64,000 nt of DNA, taken from IMG/VR virus record IMGVR_UViG_3300026076_000001. The stretch is one strand, 5' to 3'. Made by a program: the position numbers and the translations under genes. Below, piece by piece: positions 7,752 to 17,338 of the stretch. Below the pieces are notes generated by a model that searched no databases, was not told the DNA's origin, and was given only the letters and a program-made list of their open reading frames with translations. The stretch comes from a virus. Within the stretch, counting starts at the first letter, position 1; every line of letters starts with the position of its first letter.

Positions 7752-9463
7752 TAATCGGACTCCATAGTAAGTGAGTCGGGACCACCAGATTCCTTGATCT
7801 CTAGATGTGAGAAGTTTTGTGGTTTGGAGAACTGTAGTACCCGCATAAATTTATCTGTCAAGTTATCACGGTGCGAGATAACAAATACGTTTGACCTGTC
7901 GTTAAACGTTCTGAGGATGAATGATAACTCATCTGACCCTACTGTGTCAAGTGATCCATCAAATATTTCATCAAGGATAAGGAGGTTGGTGTCAACGCTG
8001 TTCTTTAGTTTAGCAATGGATCGCCAAGTTAGCAACAAACTGATATCAATACGTGCTTTCTCACCCTCTGAAAAATTTTCATATGAGAACTCATCAATGT
8101 ATCTAGACTTCAGGACTTCCTTAAACTCTTCGTCTAATGTAAAATTACAATAGAACTGTAGTTTATTTAAGTACTGGTTGATGAGTTTATTCATCACAGG
8201 TAGGTACTTCTTAATAATTCTTGTCTTGATACCTGAATCTCTAAGCAACAAACTAGCAGTCATATGAACGTCTAATTGTTTCTTAGAATCTATAAGTGAC
8301 AAGGTGACAGACTTTAAATCCTCTTGCATATCAAGCAGTTTTGTAGCTTCTTGCTCTATAGAAGAGCTAGAAGATTCCAGATCTTTCTGCTGTGCAGTTA
8401 GTGCCTTTATGGTACCGTTCTGTGTATGTGTGATTTGTATCTGTTCAGATATTGATCCGCTAAGTTCTCTTAACTTATCTAATGGCGAAATAACTTCAGC
8501 AAGACGAGCATCGATATCTTCAAACGCTCCGTTGATTTCATCGATCTTAGTATCGAGTTCTGAGATCCGTTCACGTTTTAACTCCTCACTTAGTGACTGT
8601 TTACAGGTGGGACAGGAATCTGTTTTGATATAGAATCCTTTATCTTTGTTGAGTTTGTTTACTTTAGATTTTAATTTCTTACCTAGATCTTTTAGTTGCT
8701 TCTCCTGTTTCTCTGGATCATTTAATTCTGCTATCTCATCATTCAACTCTGCTATCATCTCATTAGCTTGAGTTATCTTAGCAACACATTTATTTTGTTC
8801 TTCTAAGATGTTCTCTAATTGTTGTCTTTGTTTTGATTCTAGTTGTGTGATGAACCCTTCTTGTAGAGTTATCTTCTCCTTAACGCTTTGAGCGTTTAGT
8901 TCGTGCACCTGCACTGCATCCCTGATCTCTTTCAACCTGATTTTCAGGATCTCATTCATAGAAGAGAAGACATTAATATCTAGGAGGTCTTCAATAATTT
9001 CTCTACGTTGTGCTCCTGGAAGTCTCATAAATGGAACAAATGTTGATGATCCAAGTACGACTATCTGAGTGAAAGATTTATAGTTTAGCTTTAATATATT
9101 TTTCTCAAGAGTCTTCTGCTGATCTACGACCTTAGAGTCTTGATCAAGCATCTTACCATTCTCCCATATCTCAAAATAGTTTGGTTTGATACCACGTTTA
9201 ATGTGATAGTATCTTTGACCTATCTGAAATTCTACTTCTACTACAGTACCTTTATCGTTTACACTATTGACAAGTTGTGATTTACTGATCTTTCTAAATG
9301 GTTTTCCAAACAATCCAAAAGTAAAGGCATCAAGGACAGTACTTTTACCTGCACCATTGCTACCTATAATAAGATTAGTTTTATGAGTTATTATATCAAT
9401 CTCGGTGAATGTATCACCCGTGCTCAGGAGGTTTTTCCATCTTATCTTCTGGAACTGGATCAT
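7751..9463 (-). CDS. gp46: recombination endonuclease, Rad50/SbcC-like subunit
   Basis: Walker A GSNGAGKS, zinc hook CPTC, signature FSEGE, Walker B LILDE, ISH. Confidence 0.97.
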   Translation of the reverse strand: MIQFQKIRWKNLLSTGDTFTEIDIITHKTNLIIGSNGAGKSTVLDAFTFGLFGKPFRKISKSQLVNSVNDKGTVVEVEFQIGQRYYHIKRGIKPNYFEIWENGKMLDQDSKVVDQQKTLEKNILKLNYKSFTQIVVLGSSTFVPFMRLPGAQRREIIEDLLDINVFSSMNEILKIRLKEIRDAVQVHELNAQSVKEKITLQEGFITQLESKQRQQLENILEEQNKCVAKITQANEMIAELNDEIAELNDPEKQEKQLKDLGKKLKSKVNKLNKDKGFYIKTDSCPTCKQSLSEELKRERISELDTKIDEINGAFEDIDARLAEVISPLDKLRELSGSISEQIQITHTQNGTIKALTAQQKDLESSSSSIEQEATKLLDMQEDLKSVTLSLIDSKKQLDVHMTASLLLRDSGIKTRIIKKYLPVMNKLINQYLNKLQFYCNFTLDEEFKEVLKSRYIDEFSYENFSEGEKARIDISLLLTWRSIAKLKNSVDTNLLILDEIFDGSLDTVGSDELSFILRTFNDRSNVFVISHRDNLTDKFMRVLQFSKPQNFSHLEIKESGGPDSLTMESD

Positions 9464-9728
9464 CAGGTTCTATCACAGGGGGAATAACAAGTTCATCAGG
9501 AGTGATGATACTGTACTTAGAATTGGTTTGCTCACACGTGGCAATGACCTGACGGTCTTCAACTTCAGTGATGGCCATAGGAGGAAAATCCTCTTCTGCC
9601 TCTAGAAGTGTAGCATACCGCAAAGCGTCGTCTTTGTCAACAAAGAGATACAAAACGTTCTCATCTATCTCATCACGGACAGCATAAGCCCCCTCCTTGC
9701 CCATTCCTTGTAGTGTGATGATGAACAT
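9414..9728 (-). CDS. conserved hypothetical protein between gp47 and gp46
   Basis: ORF track; acidic 104-aa protein in operon context. Confidence 0.7.
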   Translation of the reverse strand: MFIITLQGMGKEGAYAVRDEIDENVLYLFVDKDDALRYATLLEAEEDFPPMAITEVEDRQVIATCEQTNSKYSIITPDELVIPPVIEPDDPVPEDKMEKPPEHG

Positions 9729-10759
9729 TAAACAGCTTCACAACTCTCAATATATAGTGATTTCATCAATTTCTTGAGGTCGGTTTTATCTACATTAACC
9801 TCCACGTCATCTAGGTATTCATCCAGTAATTGCAAGGTATCTTTAACATCAATATCATTTGCTTGTGGATCCTCAAAGACTCCAACCTTCTCTATAACAC
9901 TAACATCTAATGCACCCTCATCATATAATGAGTTTAGCATCTGCTCAAACCGAGCATAGTTAGTTTTCTGTTCTACTATAACCTTAACGTATTGTCCTTT
10001 ATAATTCTTTGGTTCTATCTCTGTGTCATCACTCCAGTATATCTTAGAGAAGATCTCATATGGATTCTTAATGAACTCTAGTTCAAAGGTATCTGTATCA
10101 AAGCTATGAAATCCACGAGGATCTCCATAGTCATTCCAATAGATCTGATATGGATTACCTAGGTAAGTTACGTTACCTTTCGTGCTCTTATGATGGAAGT
10201 GGCCACTGAATACGAGATCAAAGTTTGCAAAAGTACTAGCGTCCATACCGTGTTCGTAGACGAAGCCAGGACGAGCAAGATAGCCACGGAGCTCAAGATG
10301 ACCCATTGCGACTTTAGAAGTACTCCGTTGTATAGTCTGAAGAGATTTGTCATAATTATCGGGACATATCCAAGGTACAAATAGTATAGAGGTACCTCCT
10401 ATATCTAGATCAAGAGCATCCTGATAACAATACACATTGTCATATTCAGACAATAACATATACAATGTATTAAGATCGTTTGTATTTTTATAGTATGCTG
10501 TATGGTTACCTACGATAGTATGGACAGTAATATCCATAGCTCTAAGAGTGTCGTAGTATCTTCTTGCCCATTGCAAGGTAACGAAGTCTATACTCTTTCT
10601 ATTATCAAACGTATCTCCTAGATCTAGTAGAGTGGTTATATTATTCTTTTTTAACCACGGGAAGAATACATTATCGTAAAATTCTGAGTAGTAGTCTAGG
10701 TATACCTGACTACCTTTATGGCTACCAAAATGTTGGTCGGTGATGATACCTACTTTCAT
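9728..10759 (-). CDS. gp47: recombination endonuclease, Mre11/SbcD-like subunit
   Basis: Metallophosphoesterase motifs DQHFG, LGDTFD, GNH, GHFH. Confidence 0.97.
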   Translation of the reverse strand: MKVGIITDQHFGSHKGSQVYLDYYSEFYDNVFFPWLKKNNITTLLDLGDTFDNRKSIDFVTLQWARRYYDTLRAMDITVHTIVGNHTAYYKNTNDLNTLYMLLSEYDNVYCYQDALDLDIGGTSILFVPWICPDNYDKSLQTIQRSTSKVAMGHLELRGYLARPGFVYEHGMDASTFANFDLVFSGHFHHKSTKGNVTYLGNPYQIYWNDYGDPRGFHSFDTDTFELEFIKNPYEIFSKIYWSDDTEIEPKNYKGQYVKVIVEQKTNYARFEQMLNSLYDEGALDVSVIEKVGVFEDPQANDIDVKDTLQLLDEYLDDVEVNVDKTDLKKLMKSLYIESCEAV

Positions 10760-10935
10760 TTTTTAGTCGTGTTGCTTCTTGTTCTGTTTATGATAGTAAT
10801 GAATTTGTCACCAGCAAAACTACCAGCAAGACATACGTCAATCTCATCACCATCCAACCAGTTCATCTCACCATTCATTTTGGTGTGTAGCATTGCCAAT
10901 TGAATCTTGTCAATGACTTCTTGTTTTAATATCAT
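10756..10935 (-). CDS. small hypothetical protein (59 aa)
   Basis: Manual translation MILKQEVIDKIQLAMLHTKMNGEMNWLDGDEIDVCLAGSFAGDKFITIINRTRSNTTKK; ATGA overlaps with both gp55 and gp47. Confidence 0.7.
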   Translation of the reverse strand: MILKQEVIDKIQLAMLHTKMNGEMNWLDGDEIDVCLAGSFAGDKFITIINRTRSNTTKK

Positions 10936-11432
10936 CGGGACATTCTAATCTCGATGTTCTCCTTGATGCTATTCATATCGGAATCCGAACTACCCATCCC
11001 TGTCATACTACCATCATATTTGTCAGAATGCAACACCTCGCTATATCCTGATCTCTCTATAAGCTTTGTACGTATCTCCAACTGCTTCTTCTCTTTCTGA
11101 ATCTTTCTTAGGAATGCGTAGTAAATAATCTGTGTGAAGTAAGCAAAGGGGTTCTTAGATTTCTCTGGATCAAAGTTGTCCACATACTGCAAGCAGTTCT
11201 CTATACCATCGCAGACCATATCCTCTCTGAACATATAGTTCACGAAGTTTGGTTTATATGATAGGTGAGTAGCAATCTTTAAGAAGCACTCAGCGATGTA
11301 GGGGGTCAGTCGAGGACGTGGTAAATCATTCTGCTTTGCAAAATGCACCTTCTCTCTGTATGCCACAATCGCAGCCAAGAAGTCTTTATTATTGACGTAA
11401 TACTCCGTCTTGACTTTAGATCGCATTGCCAT
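10932..11432 (-). CDS. gp55: late transcription sigma factor
   Basis: YYVNNKDF...IAECFLKIATHLSYKPNFVNY...DGIENCLQY...NPFAYFTQIIYYAFLRKIQKEKKQ. Confidence 0.96.
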   Translation of the reverse strand: MAMRSKVKTEYYVNNKDFLAAIVAYREKVHFAKQNDLPRPRLTPYIAECFLKIATHLSYKPNFVNYMFREDMVCDGIENCLQYVDNFDPEKSKNPFAYFTQIIYYAFLRKIQKEKKQLEIRTKLIERSGYSEVLHSDKYDGSMTGMGSSDSDMNSIKENIEIRMSR

Positions 11433-11457
11433 AGGTATATGTTCCTTTTATGTGGTT

Positions 11458-11509
11458 ATTATAGCACACCGCCTAAGGGCTTGACAAGTACTCTAAATCT
11501 CTATAGAAT
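11458..11509. promoter_or_regulatory. divergent sigma70-type promoters sharing a palindromic -35
   Basis: Plus: TTGACA(11481-86)-17bp-TAGAAT(11504-09). Minus: TTGTCA(11482-87)-18bp-TATAAT(11458-63) in front of gp55. Confidence 0.7.
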
Positions 11510-11533
11510 AACAGTGTCGCTGTTCAGGGGAAA

Positions 11534-11965
11534 TTAGGTCCTAAACATTTTCTCAAACAGAGTCCGAGCTTTATTGACAGAACCTAGGTTACCCATTTCG
11601 AGTGTGGGTCTGATCCTGTTAGGAATAGAGTTACGGAAAACCATTTCAATATTCTCTTGATAAAAGTCGGCAATCGGTTTGTTGGCTGTTGCCATCGTTA
11701 TTATATTAGCACGATCTATCACAAATGTCTCGTCTGGTGACATACAAGACTTCATCCACAGATCTAGCTTGAATCCTTTAATCACAGTTGAACGATCTGA
11801 CGCATTTGCTTCTAACACTTGCATCGGATTGTGAAGCATTATTACAGACTCATCTTCAGGTGGGTACGTAATACCCGCAATGAGCTCATCCCCCGTCGCC
11901 AATTTTACCGTACCGATAAAATCAAACGGTTCTCCTTCTGGTGTGAATTGGATTTCAGTTTCCAT
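11534..11965 (-). CDS. conserved T4-like hypothetical protein downstream of uvsW
   Basis: KLATGDELIA...LHNPMQV...WM motif; syntenic position. Confidence 0.75.
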   Translation of the reverse strand: METEIQFTPEGEPFDFIGTVKLATGDELIAGITYPPEDESVIMLHNPMQVLEANASDRSTVIKGFKLDLWMKSCMSPDETFVIDRANIITMATANKPIADFYQENIEMVFRNSIPNRIRPTLEMGNLGSVNKARTLFEKMFRT

Positions 11966-11968
11966 AGG

Positions 11969-13444
11969 CTAGAATTTGGATTGGACTTTTATGATTTCAT
12001 AATCGAAGTTCTCTTGTTCATAAATTTTCAAGCGTTCTTCAAAGTGTTTGTATGTAAAATTTTTCCATTCTCCGCGTGAGATATTATCGCTAATATCATA
12101 GAGTGTGGCTACTGTTTTGCCTTTTCCTCTACGAAGGACTCTACCAATTGACTGGAGGTTTCTAATACGGGATTTACTGGGGCTTGCGAACACGATATTG
12201 TGAAGACGCTTAATATTGATACCAGTACTAAAAGTCCCATAGGACGCAACGATGATAGCATTTTCTTCTAGTTCAGTGATTCTGCGGACCTCTTCACGGT
12301 CTTCTGTATCTACACCTCCGTGTACAAAGAAGACTTTTCGATCCTTTACACTGGTATTTATCAAATTGTAAAGCGGTTCTCCGTGTCTTTCCACATAGTT
12401 GAACAACACGAGAGTGTTTCCACTCACGTCTAAACATAAATTCTTTATAAGGTTGTTACGTTTGGTGTGTGATATGAGGTAATCTATCTCATCTTGATAA
12501 CTATCAAACGTACCCCACTCGTGCTTTAGCACTAGACACTTCACCTTCAATGGTGTAAGATGACCCTTGTCCATTAGATCTTTGGTTTTAATGAGCTGCT
12601 CACAAGGTCCGAACAACCCTTCAAGGATCCACTTGTGTGTCAGAGTTCCGTCTAACGTACCAGTAAAACCAATTCTATATTTACAGGAGTGAAGCTTAGT
12701 CATAATCTTAGTCAGTGACTTAGATTTGAACAGGTGAGCTTCATCACCTAAAACCACATCAAATTTTTCAAAGAACTTTCTAGGTTCCTTGTAAATAGAT
12801 TGCCAAGTGGTTATAGTTACATTTGCTTTAGCATACTTATCCGCACCCGCATAAATTCGATGACAATGTTTTCTCGCATTCCAACCATACTCTATAAAGT
12901 CCTGATACATCTGTTCTACAAGAGAAGTAGTAGGAACGACAAGAAGTACTTTCCTTCTTTGGGCAACGTGAAATCTCGTAATCGCATACACCATCAGGGA
13001 TTTCCCCGAACCCGTGGGAGAAAGAAGGAGTTTACGATTGTACCTAAGAGCTAAAGTAACACCCTCTATCTGATACGGTCGTGGTTCTATCTTTTCAAAT
13101 CTACTGTTCTTGAGTATGTTCTTCATAAACATACGCACAGCTACTTGACTAATATCGTTTATCTCGTACGGTAAACCGAAATGATCATTGTCTTGGTAGT
13201 GTAGTGTGTACTTCATTGTTGCACACCACTGCTGGATATGCTCAGTTAGTCCACCGTATATCTCACCATTGCCAGGAGAGTATAAACGGATCTTACCGTC
13301 CCATACTTTATTCCTGTACAGTGGCATAAACTTTGCCTCAGGAACATCAAAGGTAAAGTACTCTGATAGTTCTCTGTGTACGTGTTCCTCAGCCTTAACT
13401 ATATTGTAGACTTCGTTCTTCTTATGTAAAGTAATTCTAGCCAC
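11969..13444 (-). CDS. uvsW: SF2 DNA helicase
   Basis: PRPYQ, SPTGSGKS, DEAH, TGT, QSIGRVLR; likely GTG start at 13444 (track extends to 13465). Confidence 0.97.
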   Translation of the reverse strand: MARITLHKKNEVYNIVKAEEHVHRELSEYFTFDVPEAKFMPLYRNKVWDGKIRLYSPGNGEIYGGLTEHIQQWCATMKYTLHYQDNDHFGLPYEINDISQVAVRMFMKNILKNSRFEKIEPRPYQIEGVTLALRYNRKLLLSPTGSGKSLMVYAITRFHVAQRRKVLLVVPTTSLVEQMYQDFIEYGWNARKHCHRIYAGADKYAKANVTITTWQSIYKEPRKFFEKFDVVLGDEAHLFKSKSLTKIMTKLHSCKYRIGFTGTLDGTLTHKWILEGLFGPCEQLIKTKDLMDKGHLTPLKVKCLVLKHEWGTFDSYQDEIDYLISHTKRNNLIKNLCLDVSGNTLVLFNYVERHGEPLYNLINTSVKDRKVFFVHGGVDTEDREEVRRITELEENAIIVASYGTFSTGINIKRLHNIVFASPSKSRIRNLQSIGRVLRRGKGKTVATLYDISDNISRGEWKNFTYKHFEERLKIYEQENFDYEIIKVQSKF

Positions 13445-13880
13445 TTCTAAACTTCTCCCATTCAATAGCGTTTTTTATCTGGTATTGACGTGCGGAGATT
13501 TGCTTGAGTACAGACTCAAGGAAGTATAGTATAATCTTGAAGAACTCGATCCTTGCTTTAATCTTACAGAGATCTTCATCTGCATCAAGAAACATCTCCA
13601 CCTCATCTTTGGTGGTTAGTTTTAAATCAAAAGGAATATCTTTATACGCTTCTGCTGGTGCTTTCTTTTTGTAGTACATCCACTTTTCTTTAAGTTTAAA
13701 CTTAAGTTCAAACTCTTTATCCAATAACTTATGCTTCCAATCTACGTATTGATCTAAGTACTTAGAATGTAGATAGGGAGTTTCGTTACAAGCTTTTAAG
13801 AAATCGGGATAACCATCATTACCATCAAGAATAGTAGAGTCTTTTCTCCACTGGTCTTTTAAATCATCAAGAAGGGACAT
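13437..13880 (-). CDS. uvsY: recombination mediator protein
   Basis: W..DS.I...LHSKYL...KW.YY...YQIKNAIEWEKFRSG; adjacent to uvsW. Confidence 0.92.
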   Translation of the reverse strand: MSLLDDLKDQWRKDSTILDGNDGYPDFLKACNETPYLHSKYLDQYVDWKHKLLDKEFELKFKLKEKWMYYKKKAPAEAYKDIPFDLKLTTKDEVEMFLDADEDLCKIKARIEFFKIILYFLESVLKQISARQYQIKNAIEWEKFRSG

Positions 13881-14391
13881 ACTTACTGGATTGCAAATTC
13901 AAAAACTCATAGAACGAATACTTAAAAGTAACCGTTGCTTGTAAAAATTCTACATCAGTAGCTGCCACATTGAGTGGTAATGTAGTTAATGACACAGGAA
14001 AGAGGTCATTAAAATTGATATAGAAATTAGGATTTAACTGATTAGTTAATATGAATAACTGTCCTGAAGCGAATTGTACTTCCTTTTCCGTATCTGGTTC
14101 ATACGCTAAGGTAGTATCATTGATCCAATTCCATAGAGACAAATAATTTTTTAGATCTTCATCTACTAGAAACTGTACTTGAAAGTCGCCAAAGGATGTT
14201 CCACCTGAAGCAGGGATAGGCAAACGTCGCCTTGGTGTAGATACCTCATTCACTACGGCAGAGATATCAGGTATCGAAGTTTGTTGACAGAAAAAATCTA
14301 CAGAAGGAAACAGATCTAGCTCCAGTTTAAAACCAACTGGTGATAGAAAGTTTCTGTTAGATGGTTGCTGACTAACCCAGTTAGCTGGCAT
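13867..14391 (-). CDS. gp3: tail tube terminator / tail completion protein
   Basis: NRNFLSPVGFKL...VDFFCQ...IP...FLVDEDLKNY...ATVTFKYSFY; late promoter CTAAATA at 14416-14422. Confidence 0.9.
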   Translation of the reverse strand: MPANWVSQQPSNRNFLSPVGFKLELDLFPSVDFFCQQTSIPDISAVVNEVSTPRRRLPIPASGGTSFGDFQVQFLVDEDLKNYLSLWNWINDTTLAYEPDTEKEVQFASGQLFILTNQLNPNFYINFNDLFPVSLTTLPLNVAATDVEFLQATVTFKYSFYEFLNLQSSKYVPS

Positions 14392-14418
14392 CGACTCATC
14401 AGTTCATTACAAGACTAT

Positions 14419-14640
14419 TTAGTCCTTGTACATTACCCAGTTTTCAGCAAAGTCTTCGCAGTATATTAAATTATCGTAGTAGCGATGATAAGAAGAAGTA
14501 GCCCCCTTAATAAAATCGGTCGCACGTATACAACGTCTGTCGTACTCAACGCATATAGCACAGAATCTTCCGTCATCTTCTTCGACAACGAGTGCTGATC
14601 TTCTATCATTGTCGGAATAGTAAGTGGAGTGTCTAATCAT
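14419..14640 (-). CDS. hypothetical protein (~73 aa)
   Basis: Likely start MIRHSTYY at 14640; the track start at 14673 runs through the gp23 terminator. Confidence 0.6.
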   Translation of the reverse strand: MIRHSTYYSDNDRRSALVVEEDDGRFCAICVEYDRRCIRATDFIKGATSSYHRYYDNLIYCEDFAENWVMYKD

Positions 14641-14657
14641 AGTTATAATTATAGCAT

Positions 14658-14687
14658 AAAAAAAGAGACCCACAAGGAGTCTCTTTT
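14658..14687 (-). terminator. intrinsic terminator after gp23 (likely bidirectional)
   Basis: AAAAGAGAC-9nt-GTCTCTTTT stem with T7 on minus, 20 nt after the gp23 stop. Confidence 0.85.
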
Positions 14688-14706
14688 GATATATTGTGAT
14701 AATAGA

Positions 14707-16152
14707 TCACATAAGGTTGCGAACAAGCACACGTCTGTAGTACTGGTTGCGTCCAGTTCCTGTATTGGAAAGTACGTCTTCGCCAACTGTTGATCCATCT
14801 GCCTTAAAGACGAATGGGTTAGCAACGATTCCGTATCTTGTCTTAAATCCAATTTTAGGTTGGAAGGATCCTTGATCCACTGCACGAACCATCTGTAGGG
14901 GTACATATGGGCAGTAGAACATACCAGCATCATAAGGAGATGAACCCTTATAACCAGCAACATAGAAGTGGTCGTTAGCCAAGTTCGCTGAATATGGATC
15001 AACGTAAACTTTAACGCCACCGTTTAGAGTTCCAACAAAGGTGTTACCTGTATCATCAGGAAGTCCGTTGGTGGATAGAGCAGGTGTATAGTCTAGAACA
15101 CCAGCCATATTGAGTGCAGAAGCAACGTCAGCAGAACAAAGGATGAAGTTACCCTTTCCTCTACGAGTTTGCTGTGCGATTGCGTTAGCATCACGCTCGA
15201 TTTGATAAATCAAACCTTTGAATTTCTCAACAGACCAACGACCATTACTGTCGGTGTCTAGGTTGAAGATTCCAGCGTTTGCAACGTTGTTTTGTGCTCC
15301 GACTTTTGCTTGGAGATAAACAGTTCTGATAACTTCACGGTTAATTTCAGCAAGGATCTCAGAAGAGAGAATGTTTGCTAATTCCGTTTCAGCATCTAGA
15401 CCGTGAATCGCCTTCAAGTCTTGAGCAAGTTCTAAGGTGTACTCTGCTTTGAGTGCACGTGATTTAGCAGTAACCGATACCTTATCGATTGTGAATGCCA
15501 TCTCACGGAAGTCTGGTGAACCTGAGGTTCCCAAAGCTTCTAGATAGTCTCTTGCACTACCAGCTGTATTCTCGTAACGATATCCAGTACCAGCAGAAGG
15601 ATATGTGGTACCATCGTTGAGGATAGCAGGGTTGTTACCTTCAGCAGTGTTGTCAGCAGAAGCAGCAGCTGCAGCACCTGTGCCACCGCCACCTGGATCT
15701 ACGTAACCAGCTGTAGGATCATAAGCGTTCGCACCAGCAGCGTCTCCAACTGCGGAGAAACCTGGGTTAGGCTCATTGAATAATGCTTCAGCACCATCTC
15801 TGTCGTTATAGTGTGAACGCATTGCGAAGATAAGTCCTGTAGGACCACTCATTGGCTGTACGCCACAAACATCGTATGCAACGAGGTTTGGCATAGCACG
15901 ACGGATCAAGCTGATTAGGATTGGATCGAATCCAGCTAGACCTGAAGAACCGTGAGAGGACTTAAGACCATCTGCACCAACAGAGTTGATTGGAGCAGCT
16001 TCGTTAAGCATACCGTGCTCTTCTTTGAGAGCTTTCTCTTGATTTTCTAGGATTGAAGCGGTAACCTGCCTTCTATGAGAATCCTTAATCTCAGATAGAT
16101 CTTTATGATCTAGAACAGGTGCCCACTTTTCCTGTAATTGACGGGTATCCAT
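14707..16152 (-). CDS. gp23: major capsid protein
   Basis: LQEKWAPVL, FDPILISLIRRAMPNL, GVQPMSGPTGLIFAMR, KSRALKAEYTLELAQDLKAIHGLDAE, YCPYVPL. Confidence 0.99.
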   Translation of the reverse strand: MDTRQLQEKWAPVLDHKDLSEIKDSHRRQVTASILENQEKALKEEHGMLNEAAPINSVGADGLKSSHGSSGLAGFDPILISLIRRAMPNLVAYDVCGVQPMSGPTGLIFAMRSHYNDRDGAEALFNEPNPGFSAVGDAAGANAYDPTAGYVDPGGGGTGAAAAASADNTAEGNNPAILNDGTTYPSAGTGYRYENTAGSARDYLEALGTSGSPDFREMAFTIDKVSVTAKSRALKAEYTLELAQDLKAIHGLDAETELANILSSEILAEINREVIRTVYLQAKVGAQNNVANAGIFNLDTDSNGRWSVEKFKGLIYQIERDANAIAQQTRRGKGNFILCSADVASALNMAGVLDYTPALSTNGLPDDTGNTFVGTLNGGVKVYVDPYSANLANDHFYVAGYKGSSPYDAGMFYCPYVPLQMVRAVDQGSFQPKIGFKTRYGIVANPFVFKADGSTVGEDVLSNTGTGRNQYYRRVLVRNLM

Positions 16153-16193
16153 CTTTATTACTTTTAAGGGGGTTGATGTTTATAATGTTAAAA

Positions 16194-17282
16194 TCACTTA
16201 ACAGCGTTTCCGATTGCATTCAGATATGCTTGCATAACTGGTGCGTACTCGGTGCTGACACCTTCAAGTGGCTCTTCTTTTACTGCTTCAGCAACTTGTG
16301 CTTTCTCAGTAAAGTATGATCCCTTGATTGTGGTTAGTTTCTCTCTATAAGATGCTTCATCTTTAAAGGTTACAGCTTCAGCAAGATCAGCGAACTTCTC
16401 TTTCTGTGTATCTGTAAGTCCTTCACTCATTTCGGAGACAATGCCTCCTCTAACTTGAGCAGAGATTTGTTTTGACAATTTCACGTTCGCATCAATCTGT
16501 TCATTGAGGCGGTCTTCCATTTCACGAAGCGAAGTGTTCATAGATTCTAGAACATCTTCTTTGCCCTCAGGCACGTCAATATAGTGCTCTTCAAAGAGTC
16601 CTTTCAGACCTTTGATGAACGACTCAGTGATCTCGACTTTGAGACCAGTGTCGATAGCTACTTGATTCTCTTCTAGCCAACGCTGAGAAGTGTACTTCAA
16701 GATACCATCAACTTCTTCGGCCAAGGACTCCCGAACTTTCTCGGTGTTCTCGGCAAGCTTTTCGCTATACTGTGTTTCGAGTTCTTCAACAATAGAAACA
16801 ACTTTAGATTTTACTGCTGCTTCAAAAATTGTTGATGCTTTCTTCAAGAACTCCTCACTCAGTTCTTCTCCTTCGGAGAGTGCCTTAACGTCAGCACTTA
16901 GATCTACTTCGATATCCTCTTTCTTGGTACCGTAAGTAATCTTGTCAGCAAGCTTAGGATCAGATCCAGACGGCTCGTCTTTACCACCACCAGTTTGAGG
17001 ATCGCTCACTGCGTCCTTAGTCGCATTCTTATCCAACTTGTTGGAATCGTCACGCGGGTGATTATGTGTGGGAGTAGGTCCACCTAAATCTTGGATTGCC
17101 TGACCAGGCACCAAGGAAGGATCTACTTTACCTGAAGCCTGATCACCTGCTGCTGCTTTTGCGTTTACCGCAGTTTTGCTTTGGGTAGATGGGGCTACTG
17201 GTTCGCTCCCAGGAACTGTTGCACTAGGAAGTCCTGCTTCACTAATAAGTTCCTCAAACTTTTCGTTCAAAATTTCGGACAT
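16194..17282 (-). CDS. gp22: prohead core scaffold protein
   Basis: LSEEFLKKASTIFEAAV, ITESFIKGLKGLFEEHYIDVP; synteny. Confidence 0.95.
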   Translation of the reverse strand: MSEILNEKFEELISEAGLPSATVPGSEPVAPSTQSKTAVNAKAAAGDQASGKVDPSLVPGQAIQDLGGPTPTHNHPRDDSNKLDKNATKDAVSDPQTGGGKDEPSGSDPKLADKITYGTKKEDIEVDLSADVKALSEGEELSEEFLKKASTIFEAAVKSKVVSIVEELETQYSEKLAENTEKVRESLAEEVDGILKYTSQRWLEENQVAIDTGLKVEITESFIKGLKGLFEEHYIDVPEGKEDVLESMNTSLREMEDRLNEQIDANVKLSKQISAQVRGGIVSEMSEGLTDTQKEKFADLAEAVTFKDEASYREKLTTIKGSYFTEKAQVAEAVKEEPLEGVSTEYAPVMQAYLNAIGNAVK

Positions 17283-17328
17283 CGGGGTTGACCTCTGTTA
17301 AGCTTTTATACTGTTTATGTCTAAGAGT

Positions 17329-17336
17329 TATTTATA
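17329..17336 (-). promoter_or_regulatory. T4-type late promoter TATAAATA (gp22-gp23)
   Basis: Perfect TATAAATA on minus upstream of gp22. Confidence 0.85.
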
Positions 17337-17338
17337 TA

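Noticed and set aside
14695-14711. CRP-like palindrome TGTGA-N7-TCACA at the gp23 stop
   Set aside because: The spacer is 7 rather than 6, it overlaps coding sequence, and it occurs only once.
14649-15020. 123-aa alternative-frame ORF inside the gp23 3' end
   Set aside because: Same-strand out-of-frame overlap that runs through the terminator; no motifs.
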